Shown here in pieces: positions 26,388-35,187 of a stretch of DNA of 64,000 bases. The DNA is from Dehalococcoidia bacterium. GTDB taxonomy: Bacteria; Chloroflexota; Dehalococcoidia; UBA2979. Location of the stretch: NCBI GenBank assembly GCA_965198045.1, contig CBDAOL010000012.1, positions 346,105 through 410,104 of the forward strand, given 5' to 3'. The position numbers and the translations under genes are program-made. The first letter of the stretch is position 1, and every line of letters starts with the position of its first letter. Below the pieces are notes generated by a model. That model worked only from the letters and a program-made list of their open reading frames with translations. It did no database searches and had not been told where the DNA came from.

Positions 26388-28034
26388 TTAGCAGACGCCG
26401 CAAAGCTTGCAGCCGACCTCGGGGGGCGGGCAGGCGATGGTGGATTTCACCCGGTGGTGCTTGTCCATCTCGCGCAGCAGGAAGGGCTCCGTCAGGCCAA
26501 CGTCCACGATGTGCCATGGCGGCGCTTCGCCCTCCCACGGGCGAGGGCCATCGAGGCCATGTTCGCGGATGGCGCGGCGGTAGCTGCCGAGGCTGTTGTC
26601 GGTCATGTCCTCGAGCATCGTCGCGACGCGATCGTCGCCACGCGAGAGCACGTCGTCGACGCGGGCTGTCCAGGCGGAATCGGTGCGCAACTCGATGCCG
26701 TTGGGGGCCAGGCGCTGCTTGAGGATGCCCTGGCGTTCTTTGACCATCCGGATATCGTTCGCGTCCTCGTACTGGTACGCCGTCCAAGGCTTCGGCACCG
26801 TGGGGCTGACCGACATCACGAGCCGGGTGTCCCTGCCGCCGGCGTCGAGGCGTTCCTTGATGCGGTTGCCGAGTTCGGCCATGGCATAGACGTCGTTGTC
26901 CTCTTCGCCCGGCAGGCCGACCATGAAATAGAGCTTGAAGCGCCGCGCGCCGGACTGGCCGACGAGGTCGGCGCCTTCGAGGATCTGCTCCTCCGTCACG
27001 CCCTTGTTGATCGCGGCGCGCATCCGTTCCGAGCCGGCCTCGGGCGCGACGGTGACCGTCTTCGTGCCGCCGGCGGCCAGGGCCTCGAGCACGTCCGCCC
27101 TCAGGTTGTCGACGCGCAGCGAGGAGATCGAGACGCGCGCGCCTCGTTCATGAGCGCCGACGACGAGCTCGGAGAGGTCCGGGTGGTCCGCGACGGCGGC
27201 GCCGAGGAGCCCGACGCGCTCGGTGTGCTCGACCGAGTGCTCGATGAGCTCGAACAACTCCTCGAGGGGCCGGTAGCGCGGTGGGCGGAACACGTAGCCC
27301 GCGATGCAGAAGCGACAGCCGCGGCCGCAGCCGCGGGCGCATTCGATCAGCGTCATGTCGGACAGCTCAGTGTCCTCGGTGATGACGGTCGAATATGCCT
27401 CGGTGCCCGCGAGGTCGTGGACGTACTGGCGTTCGATGGCGCCGAAGGCCGGCGGGCGCGTCGGCACGTAGACCCCCGGGATCGTGGCGAGCGTGTCGAG
27501 CAGATCCGCGCGCGAGCCATAGAGACCATCGCGCCACGCGGAGACGAGGTGCGGAACGATCTCCTCGGCCTCGCCGACGATCGCGGCGTCGAGGAAGGGC
27601 GCGACCGGCGCGGGGTTGGTGAGCATGCAAGCCCCACCGGCGATCACGAGCGGATGGCGGTCGTCGCGTTCCTCGGCGCGCAGGGGGATGTTGGCGCTGC
27701 GCAGGCACTGGATCATGTTGAAGTAGTCGAACTCGTAGGACAGCGTGAACGCGACGACCGAGAAGTCCTGCAGCGGCCGCTGCGACTCCAGCGACACGAC
27801 CGGCATCGGGTGGTATTCGCCGGGCCCCGGCGGGTCGTAGAAGGCGCGCTCGCAGACGAAGTCGTCGTAGGCGTTCAGCATCGAGTAGATGGTCTGCAAC
27901 GCCAGGTTCGACATGCCGATGTAGTACGAGTTCGGGTACGTGATCGCCACGGGGATGCGGGCGCCCCAGTCCTTGGAGGTGCCCCCCCGCTCCTTGCGGA
28001 GCCGGTCACGGGCGATCTGCCGCACATCAGCCAT
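26388..28034 (-). CDS. B12-binding-domain radical SAM protein
   Basis: N-terminal B12-binding-like region, a radical SAM cysteine motif (CARGCGRGCRFCIAGY) and a C-terminal domain. 548 aa. Confidence 0.8.
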   Translation of the reverse strand: MADVRQIARDRLRKERGGTSKDWGARIPVAITYPNSYYIGMSNLALQTIYSMLNAYDDFVCERAFYDPPGPGEYHPMPVVSLESQRPLQDFSVVAFTLSYEFDYFNMIQCLRSANIPLRAEERDDRHPLVIAGGACMLTNPAPVAPFLDAAIVGEAEEIVPHLVSAWRDGLYGSRADLLDTLATIPGVYVPTRPPAFGAIERQYVHDLAGTEAYSTVITEDTELSDMTLIECARGCGRGCRFCIAGYVFRPPRYRPLEELFELIEHSVEHTERVGLLGAAVADHPDLSELVVGAHERGARVSISSLRVDNLRADVLEALAAGGTKTVTVAPEAGSERMRAAINKGVTEEQILEGADLVGQSGARRFKLYFMVGLPGEEDNDVYAMAELGNRIKERLDAGGRDTRLVMSVSPTVPKPWTAYQYEDANDIRMVKERQGILKQRLAPNGIELRTDSAWTARVDDVLSRGDDRVATMLEDMTDNSLGSYRRAIREHGLDGPRPWEGEAPPWHIVDVGLTEPFLLREMDKHHRVKSTIACPPPEVGCKLCGVC

Positions 28035-28102
28035 TGGATCAGTGTACGGGCGGAATCAGTCGAGGGCAGCGCGACCTCGATGTCGGTCTGCGTCCCCGAA
28101 GG

Positions 28103-28393
28103 TCAGGCGTAGGGGTCGGGTCGGCCCTCTCTGATCGCCTCTTCGCGCTCATCCTGGATGCGCTTGTCTCGGCGCACCAGCGGCCAGGCGCCGAAGACGA
28201 TCACCGCGAGCGGGATCAGAGCGAGGATTGCGTTCGCCAGCAAGAAATACAGCGTGAGCATCAGCAGCGCGATCGCCCCGAGGAACATCGCGAGCGGCGG
28301 TCCCAGTACCGCGAAGACCGCCCTGAGGATGGCCCAGACCTCGCTCCAGGTTCCGGCCTGCGGGTCATCCTGCGGATCGTATCCATACGACAT
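28103..28393 (-). CDS. Small hypothetical membrane protein
   Basis: Real start MSYGYDPQDDPQAGTWSEVW (cat at 28391..28393). Two TM helices (…ILRAVFAVLGPPLAMFLGAIALLMLTLYFLLANAILALIPLAVIVFGAW…). Confidence 0.5.
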   Translation of the reverse strand: MSYGYDPQDDPQAGTWSEVWAILRAVFAVLGPPLAMFLGAIALLMLTLYFLLANAILALIPLAVIVFGAWPLVRRDKRIQDEREEAIREGRPDPYA

Positions 28394-28493
28394 GGCGACA
28401 GTGTACGGGCTCCGCGAAGCCCGCTTCGGACGCCGAAGCCGGCCGTGGTAGCGTGTCGCCTCGAACGTCGCGACAGGCGAAGGGAAGTCCTCG

Positions 28494-28910
28494 ATGGAGA
28501 TGCCGCCCCAGGAGTACGAGCCGCTGCTGATGGAGGCGAACCACGCCATCATCACGGTCTCTCGTGGCGACGGCCGGCCGCCGCACTCGACGCCGGTCTG
28601 GTACGTCTACGGCGAGGGTCGTTTCTACGTCTCGATGACGAAGGACACTGTGAAGTACCGGCTGATGCAGCAGCGCCCAGAGATCTCGCTGACCATCGAC
28701 TCGGACGGCCCGACGGTCGTGGTCGAGGGCACAGCCGTGCTGCGCGACGACGACGGCTTCCTCCTGCAGATGGCGAAGGAGGTCAACGCGCTCTACCGAC
28801 CCAGCCTTGAGCTGCCACCCGACGAGGAGCTGCTGGCGCAGCGGAAGGCGGAGAACCGCACCGTGCTCATGCTCGAACCCTCGAGGGTGAAGGCGTGGGG
28901 CCTGTCGTGA
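28494..28910 (+). CDS. Pyridoxamine 5'-phosphate oxidase-like (PPOX class, probably F420/FMN-binding) protein
   Basis: 138 aa. …ANHAIITVSRGDGRPPHSTPVWYVYGEGRFYVSMTKDTVKYRLMQQRPEISLTID… fits the split-barrel PPOX family. Confidence 0.7.
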   Translation: MEMPPQEYEPLLMEANHAIITVSRGDGRPPHSTPVWYVYGEGRFYVSMTKDTVKYRLMQQRPEISLTIDSDGPTVVVEGTAVLRDDDGFLLQMAKEVNALYRPSLELPPDEELLAQRKAENRTVLMLEPSRVKAWGLS

Positions 28911-29791
28911 CGGAGGGCGTCTCCTCGACGTTGTACTTCGGCGATGTCGCGGTCACCCGCGTCGAGGAGTTGGTCCTGCCCACGGCGATGTGGTGGCTGC
29001 TCCCCGACGCGCCCGAGGACGCGGTGGAGCGCCATCGCGAGTGGATGGCGCCCTTCGTCAACGAGCGTGGCCACATCCTCCAGAGCATCCACACGTTTGT
29101 CGTGAAGGCGGACGGCCTGACGATCCTCGTCGACACCGGGGTCGGCAACGGCAAGGAACGCGACGGCGGGATCCCGGCCTTCCACATGCTCGACACGCCC
29201 TACCTCGAGCGGCTGGCCGCGGCCGGCGCAGCGCCCCAGGACATCGACCTCGTGCTCATCACGCACATGCACACGGACCACTGTGGCTGGAACACCACAC
29301 TCGTCGACGGCGCGTGGCAGCCGACGTTTCCGAACGCGCGCACCCTCTACGTGCGGCGCGAGTGGGAGTACTGGGACGGCCTGGCGCGCAGCGACGAGGG
29401 CAATCAGCTCGTCGAGGACAGCCTGCGGCCGGTCGAGGCGGCCGGCCTCGCCGACCTCGTCGAGGCGGACCATGTCGTCACGCCCTCGCTGCGGCTCGAG
29501 CCGAGCCACGGGCACACGCCCGGCCACGTCTGTGTGCGCATCAGCTCCGGCGGCGACGAGGCGGTCATCACCGGCGACGTCATGCACTCGCCGATCCAGT
29601 GCGCCTACCCCGACCCGCAGCCGCGGCTCGAGAACGACGCCGAACCCGCACGCCTGGCCCGCCGCGCCTTCCTCGAGCGCTACGCCGACAGCGGCGTCAC
29701 GGTCCTCGGCACGCACTTCGGCGGCCCTACCGCCGGTCACATCACCGCCGACGGCGACGCCTACCGCTTCGACGTGGTCGAGGGGTTCTAG
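28895..29791 (+). CDS. MBL-fold metallo-hydrolase (lactonase-like)
   Basis: HxHxDH motif ITHMHTDHCGW, with later His/Asp ligands (…HGHTPGH…). Confidence 0.85.
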   Translation: MGPVVTEGVSSTLYFGDVAVTRVEELVLPTAMWWLLPDAPEDAVERHREWMAPFVNERGHILQSIHTFVVKADGLTILVDTGVGNGKERDGGIPAFHMLDTPYLERLAAAGAAPQDIDLVLITHMHTDHCGWNTTLVDGAWQPTFPNARTLYVRREWEYWDGLARSDEGNQLVEDSLRPVEAAGLADLVEADHVVTPSLRLEPSHGHTPGHVCVRISSGGDEAVITGDVMHSPIQCAYPDPQPRLENDAEPARLARRAFLERYADSGVTVLGTHFGGPTAGHITADGDAYRFDVVEGF

Positions 29792-30306
29792 GCGGGTCCG
29801 GCGTCTCGCGCGAGGTGGTAGCGCACGCTGGGCGTGCCGTGGTCGTCGTAGCGCGCCACCAGCGAGGCGCCGAGGCGTGCCGCGACGCCCCGCGCGCCGC
29901 GGTTGGCAACTGCCGTCTCGATGATGACCTCAGAGAGGTGGAACGCCTCGAACGTGTAGCCGACGAGGGCGCCTGCGGCCTCCGTAGCGATGCCGGCGCC
30001 GCGGGCGTTCGGATCGAGGGCGTAGCCGACCTCTCCGTGATTGGCGCGCCGCACGAGGCTCAGCAGGCCGATCAGTGCGCCATCCTCGACGCGCTCGATC
30101 GCGAGGTCGAAGAGGGCGTCGAGCTGCCAGGCATCGAGCGCGGCCTGTACGTAAGCGGCCGCGGCCTCCTCGGTCCTCCCGAGATTCGCCGCAGCGGCGT
30201 AGACATCGGGATCGGCGTTCAGTTCCAGGATCGCGGGTACGTCGGAGGGCTCGAAGCGACGAAGCAGCAGCCGCCTCGTGAGGATCGGGAGTCCGTCGTC
30301 ACGCAC
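29788..30306 (-). CDS. GNAT-family N-acetyltransferase
   Basis: 172 aa. …LVRRANHGEVGYALDPNARGAGIATEAAGALVGYTFEAFHLSEVI… is a GNAT acetyl-CoA-binding core. Confidence 0.8.
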   Translation of the reverse strand: MRDDGLPILTRRLLLRRFEPSDVPAILELNADPDVYAAAANLGRTEEAAAAYVQAALDAWQLDALFDLAIERVEDGALIGLLSLVRRANHGEVGYALDPNARGAGIATEAAGALVGYTFEAFHLSEVIIETAVANRGARGVAARLGASLVARYDDHGTPSVRYHLARDAGPA

Positions 30307-30308
30307 GG

Positions 30309-32540
30309 TCAGCTACAGCGCGTGTAGCCGCAGCTCTGGCAGGTGAGGCAGCGTTCGAGGTATTCCATCTGCTGGCCGCAGTCCGGGCACGTCAGGCCCG
30401 AGGCCTCGGCGACCGCTGGCGCCACCGCATCGCCGGCGTCGGCGAGGCCGAAGTGCAGCCGCAGCCAACGGAAGATGTAGTCGAGGACGCTCGTGGCAAA
30501 GGGGATCTCCGCGTTGGCGGTGATGCCGTAAGGCTCGAAGCGCGTCTGTTCGAGCTTCGCTGCGATCTTCTCGAGGCTGACGCCGTATTGGAGCGCGATC
30601 GAGGTCATCAGCGCGACGGCGTCGGTCAGTCCGGAGACGGTCGAGCCCTCCTTCGCCATCTTCACGAAGACCTCGCCCGGGGTGCCGTCCTCGAAGAGCC
30701 CGACCGTGACGTAGCCCTCCTGGTCGCCAACCCGGAACTTGTGCGTGATCGACTGGCGCTCGTCGGGGAGGTGGCGGCGGTAGGGCTCGCTCGCCGGGCG
30801 GTGCGCCGGCGTTTCGTCCGAGGCGTGAGCGAGGACCTGGACCGCGCGCGAGCCATCGCGGTAGACCGTCACGCCCTTGCAGCCGAGCTCGTGCGCCAGC
30901 TCGTAGACCTCGCGAATCTCCTCGACGGTGGCCTCGCGCCGGAGGTTCTCGGTCTTCGAGACGGCGAGGTCAGTGTGGGCCTGGAACGCGGCTTGCATGC
31001 GCACGTGCGTCTCGGCCGGCACCTCGTGCGCTGTCGCGAAGCGCTCGCGGAGGTCGTCCGGCACCTCGCTGCGGTCCGCCAGGGAAACGCCCGCGGCCAG
31101 CGCCTGGTCGAGATCGTCGGACGCGAATCCGGCGGCGTCCGCGGCTGCTCGGAAGGCGGCATTGACCTCCGGCAGCAGCGTGCCGTCGCCCATGCGGCGC
31201 TGGTGGGCCAGTGAGAACAGCGGCTCGATGCCCGAAGAGGCGCCGGCGATGATCGCGATCGTGCCAGTGGGGGCGATGCAGGTACGGGTGGCGTTGCGGA
31301 AGGTGCGCCCGCCGGCGTAGACCGACTGCTCCCAGTTCGGGAAGACACCCTTCTCGATCCCCAGCTCTGCCGAGGCGTCATCGGCGGCCGCGCCGACCTC
31401 GGACGAGAGCCGCGTAGCGAGGGCGATCGCCTCGGCAGTCCCGTAGGGGAGGCTGGCCGCGATCAGCAAGTCGGCGAAGCCCATCATGCCGAGGCCGATC
31501 TTGCGATTGCCTCGCACCGCCTCGGCGATCTGCGGGACCGGGAACGTGTTCGCCTCCACGACGTTGTCGAGGAAGCGGACCGCAAAGCGGACGGTCGCTC
31601 GCAGCGCGGACCAGTCGAGGTCGCGCGTGGACTCGTCCCAGAAGCGCGCGACGTTGATCGAGCCGAGCGTGCAGGCCTCCCACGGCAAGAGCGGCACTTC
31701 GCCGCAGGGGTTGGTCGCCTCGATCTCGCCGAGGAGCGGTGTGGGGTTGGTGCGATTGATCGTGTCGAGGAAGACGAGCCCCGGGTCGCCGGTCTGCCAG
31801 GCCGAACGACAGATCTCGTTGAGCAGCTCGGCGGCGTCCACCTCGCCACGTGGCGAGCCGTCGCGAGGGTCGCGCAGCGGGTAGCTCTCGCCGGCGGCTG
31901 CGGCGCGCATGAAGGCGTCTGTCACGCCGACGGAGATGTTGAAGCGCGTTGCCGTAACGCCGTCGTCCTTTGCGTGGACGAACTCACGGATGTCGGGATG
32001 ATCGACGCGCAGCACGGCCATGTTCGCCCCGTCGCGCTTGCCGCCCTGCGTCACGAGGCGCGAAACGTCGTCGTAGTGCTGCAGGACGGAGACGGGCCCG
32101 CAGGCGGCCCCGTGCGTCGTGGCGATGGGCTCGCCGACGCCTCGCAGCCGGGAGAGCGAGAACCCAGTGCCGCCGCCGTACTTCTGCACCAGGGCGGTGG
32201 CCTGAGCGGTGGACATGATCGATTCGAGCGTGTCCTCGACGGGCAGGACGAAGCAGGCGGCGAGGGTGCCCTGACCCGTGCCCGCGTTCATCAGCGTCGG
32301 TGAGTTCGGCAGGAAGCGGAGCGCCGCCATCTCGTCGTAGAAACGCTGCGCCCAGAGCAGGCGCGCCGGCTCGTCCGTCTCCACCTCGGCGATGGCCGTC
32401 GCCACGCGCGCCAGCATCTCCTCGGGCGTTTCGCGCAGCTCACCCTCCGCGTCACGCAGCAGGTAGCGCCGTTCGAGGACCGTACGGGCGTTGTCGGTCA
32501 GCTCGACGGGTGTCGTGCGGACATCGCTGGTGGCGACCAT
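30309..32540 (-). CDS. nrdJ: Class II (adenosylcobalamin-dependent) ribonucleotide reductase
   Basis: 743 aa with the class II RNR core (…NPCGEVPLLPWEACTLGSINV…) and a C-terminal zinc ribbon (CPDCGQQMEY…CLTCQSCGYTRC). Confidence 0.95.
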   Translation of the reverse strand: MVATSDVRTTPVELTDNARTVLERRYLLRDAEGELRETPEEMLARVATAIAEVETDEPARLLWAQRFYDEMAALRFLPNSPTLMNAGTGQGTLAACFVLPVEDTLESIMSTAQATALVQKYGGGTGFSLSRLRGVGEPIATTHGAACGPVSVLQHYDDVSRLVTQGGKRDGANMAVLRVDHPDIREFVHAKDDGVTATRFNISVGVTDAFMRAAAAGESYPLRDPRDGSPRGEVDAAELLNEICRSAWQTGDPGLVFLDTINRTNPTPLLGEIEATNPCGEVPLLPWEACTLGSINVARFWDESTRDLDWSALRATVRFAVRFLDNVVEANTFPVPQIAEAVRGNRKIGLGMMGFADLLIAASLPYGTAEAIALATRLSSEVGAAADDASAELGIEKGVFPNWEQSVYAGGRTFRNATRTCIAPTGTIAIIAGASSGIEPLFSLAHQRRMGDGTLLPEVNAAFRAAADAAGFASDDLDQALAAGVSLADRSEVPDDLRERFATAHEVPAETHVRMQAAFQAHTDLAVSKTENLRREATVEEIREVYELAHELGCKGVTVYRDGSRAVQVLAHASDETPAHRPASEPYRRHLPDERQSITHKFRVGDQEGYVTVGLFEDGTPGEVFVKMAKEGSTVSGLTDAVALMTSIALQYGVSLEKIAAKLEQTRFEPYGITANAEIPFATSVLDYIFRWLRLHFGLADAGDAVAPAVAEASGLTCPDCGQQMEYLERCLTCQSCGYTRCS

Positions 32541-32593
32541 GGTTCAGCCCCGCGCTCCGGACCCGATCCGCGGCTGGACCAGCCGGCGGGGAG

Positions 32594-32609
32594 TAGAACA
32601 TATATTCTA
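32594..32609. promoter_or_regulatory. Cheo-box-like palindrome TAGAAC-ATAT-ATTCTA in the nrdR-nrdJ intergenic region (nrdJ promoter)
   Basis: agtagaacatatattctact (32591..32612 with flanks) shares the extended arms AGTAGAAC…TTCTACT with the recA operator. One mismatch to GAAC-N4-GTTC. Does not fit the NrdR-box consensus. Confidence 0.5.
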
Positions 32610-32703
32610 CTCGCTGACAAGCGGACGCCACAAGGGTCCACGATCCAGTTTAGACCGCGGGCTCGGAGGCCGTGGTGGCGGGCGGTAACGCCTGTGCCTG
32701 AAC

Positions 32704-33327
32704 CTAGACCGGCCGCGCCGCGCGTGCGGCGTCGAGGGAGATCGGTGAGGCGGTCGCCGCCGCCTCCTCGATCGGGGCGTCCTCGATCGGTGCGTCCGAG
32801 GGCTCGGCGAGCGGCTCGTCCTCGAGGGCGGCGGCAAGTTCGTCGGCGAAGAGGCGCTGCTGCTCGGGGCCGGGCGGGTCGGGCGTGAGGGCGAGACGCT
32901 GCAGCTCTTCGAGCATCTCCTCGAGCGACACGAACTGGTGGTAGACGCTCGCGAAGCGGATGTAGGCGATCGGGTCGAGCGGCTTCAGCCGGGAGATCGC
33001 CATCTCACCGATCACGCGGCTCGCGACCTCGCTCTGGGTCGAGCCAGTGAGGCGCTGCTCGATGTCTTCGACGATGGCGTCGATGGCGCCTGTGGCGAGG
33101 GGGCGCTTGCGCGCCGAGATGCGCAGGCCCGTCAGCAGCTTCTCGCGCTGGAACTCCTCGCGTCGGCCGTCCTTCTTGACGACCATGACAGTTCGTCGCT
33201 GGACCTGCTCGAGGGTCGAGAAGCGCTGTTCGCAGTGCTGGCAGAGCCGTCGGCGGCGGATCCCGCCCTCACCGGTGCGCGAGTCGACGACCTTGCTGGC
33301 GGTGCGGCCACAGAACGGGCACTTCAT
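32704..33327 (-). CDS. nrdR: Transcriptional repressor NrdR (with extended acidic C-terminal tail)
   Basis: N-terminal MKCPFCG…SKVVDSR…RRRRLCQHCEQRFSTLE zinc ribbon plus an ATP-cone. Acidic tail extends from ~150 aa. Confidence 0.9.
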   Translation of the reverse strand: MKCPFCGRTASKVVDSRTGEGGIRRRRLCQHCEQRFSTLEQVQRRTVMVVKKDGRREEFQREKLLTGLRISARKRPLATGAIDAIVEDIEQRLTGSTQSEVASRVIGEMAISRLKPLDPIAYIRFASVYHQFVSLEEMLEELQRLALTPDPPGPEQQRLFADELAAALEDEPLAEPSDAPIEDAPIEEAAATASPISLDAARAARPV

Positions 33328-33579
33328 GACGAACGAGCACTCTCTGGGGGAGCTCGGCAGTGGCTCGAGTGACGGTCTGGGGGGTCCGGTCGGGTGGGTG
33401 ACCTCGACGCAGCCAGTACAGCACGCGACTCATCGAGGCCACAACGGGACTCGTCAACAGGTCGTTGCGATGTTGTCCCAATCGACGGTTTGCGCTGTGG
33501 AGTGTGGCCGCCGCGGGCGCGCCGAACGCGACGACGGCGGCCCTCACGGGGCCGCCGTCGCTTGGTCCGTCCAGGCCTG

Positions 33580-35139
33580 CTAGCGGCTGGTGAAACTCCG
33601 CCGCAGGAAGGTCGGCAGGTCAGCCTCGGTCAGCGAGTCGGTGGGGTCTGGCGTGATCTCGCCGAGCTTGATCGTGGCCGCCTCCATCTCCTCAGCCATC
33701 GTCTGACGGATCTGCGTCGGGCGCGTGCCCGAGAAGCCGGTGGCGATCACGGTCACCCGCACCTCGTCGGCCACGCTCTCATCCACGGCGGTACCGAAGA
33801 TGATTTCGGCGTCCGGGTCGACGACCTCGGCGATCACGCGCGCAGCGAGATCGAGCTCGCGGAGCGAGAGGTTGGCGGGGCCAGTGACGTTGAACAGCAC
33901 GCCCGTTGCGCCGGTGATGTCCACCTCGAGGAGCGGGCTGGCGATGGCCTGCCGCGCCGCGTCGATGGCCCGCGCCTCGCCTCGGCCGCTGCCGATGGCC
34001 ATGAGCGCCGGTCCAGCGTCGGTCATGATCTTGCGCACGTCGGCGAAGTCGAGGTTGACCATGCCGGGGACAGTGATCAACTCGCTGATGCCCTGGATGC
34101 CCTGGCGCAGCACATCGTCGGCGGCGCGGAAGGCGTTCTCGATCGAGATCGCGTCATCCGAGAGGTGCAGCAGCCGATCGTTGGGGATGACGATCAGCGT
34201 GTCGACCTTGTCCTGGAGGTCGCGGACGCCTTCCTCCGCCTGTTGACGCCGCTTGGCGCCCTCGAACGTGAACGGCTTCGTCACCACGCCGATGGTCAGC
34301 GCGCCGAGCTCCCGCGCCACCTCGGCCACGATCGGGGCCGCGCCGGTGCCGGTGCCGCCGCCGAGGCATGCCGTGACGAACACCATCTCCGCGCTGGCGA
34401 GCGCCTCGGCCAGGGCCTCGCGTGACTCCTCGGCGGCGCGCTGGCCGCGCAGTGGGTCGCTGCCCGCGCCGAGGCCACGCGTCAAGCGGTCGCCGATGCG
34501 CACCTTGACCTCCGCCGGGCAGTGCTCCAGCGCCTGAATGTCCGTGTTGATGGCGACGTACTGCACCCCCGGCAGCCTCGCGTCGATCATGCGGGTGACG
34601 GCGTTCGAGCCGCCTCCGCCGACTCCGGCGACCTTGATCGGCGGCAGTCCTTCGTAGCGTTCCAGCATCTCCTGCTCCTGTTCCGCCGAGGCGCTGCCGC
34701 TCGGCGTGCCGGTCGCGGGGCGTCCGGCGCTTGCTCGCTTGTTCTTGGCCGCTGCGGCGGGCGCCGGATCGGCCTCAAATTCAGACTGGATCTCCGCCGC
34801 CGGCTGCTCGGCCGTCAGGTCGAGTGCCGGCTGCTCCTCGAGTTCCGCCGAGGGCAGCATTGGAATCTCGGCCCCGTCGGCCGGCTCGTCGACGGCGACG
34901 AGCTGGAAGGCGGGTCGCGACGCCTGCTCGGCGGTGGACGCTTCGTCCGCCCCCTCGCCTGCGGCGGAGGCGCCCGCGCGTCGCGCCTCCTCGCGCGCGG
35001 CGGCGAGGTAGTCGAAGAGCGTGCCCGCACCGATCGACGGTCCGCTGCCCTGACTCGTGGTCGCGGCATCGGTGGCGGCATCCGCCGTCGCCGTCGCCTC
35101 GGTTGCGACCCCGGTTGTTGCTGTGTCCTGGTCGCTCAT
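33580..35139 (-). CDS. ftsZ: Cell division GTPase FtsZ, apparently with a ~157-aa acidic low-complexity N-terminal extension
   Basis: Core starts …[24 protein letters not shown]… with the GGGTGTG tubulin signature and a C-terminal DLPTFLRR peptide. The in-frame upstream 157 codons are Ala/Thr/Glu/Asp-rich (not Arg-rich junk) and close the gap to ftsA (48 bp). Alternative canonical start is the ATG at 34668. Confidence 0.9.
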   Translation of the reverse strand: MSDQDTATTGVATEATATADAATDAATTSQGSGPSIGAGTLFDYLAAAREEARRAGASAAGEGADEASTAEQASRPAFQLVAVDEPADGAEIPMLPSAELEEQPALDLTAEQPAAEIQSEFEADPAPAAAAKNKRASAGRPATGTPSGSASAEQEQEMLERYEGLPPIKVAGVGGGGSNAVTRMIDARLPGVQYVAINTDIQALEHCPAEVKVRIGDRLTRGLGAGSDPLRGQRAAEESREALAEALASAEMVFVTACLGGGTGTGAAPIVAEVARELGALTIGVVTKPFTFEGAKRRQQAEEGVRDLQDKVDTLIVIPNDRLLHLSDDAISIENAFRAADDVLRQGIQGISELITVPGMVNLDFADVRKIMTDAGPALMAIGSGRGEARAIDAARQAIASPLLEVDITGATGVLFNVTGPANLSLRELDLAARVIAEVVDPDAEIIFGTAVDESVADEVRVTVIATGFSGTRPTQIRQTMAEEMEAATIKLGEITPDPTDSLTEADLPTFLRRSFTSR

Positions 35140-35187
35140 TTGTGTCCCATTCCTCTCGCCTGTCGTGCTCGGGGCATGCCGCGGTGG

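Noticed and set aside
32541-32703. Canonical NrdR box (acaCwAtATaTwGtgt) expected upstream of nrdJ.
   Set aside because: The only palindrome present has GAAC/ATTC arms and matches the recA operator arms, not the CAC…GTG arms of NrdR boxes. Reported instead as a Cheo-like box.
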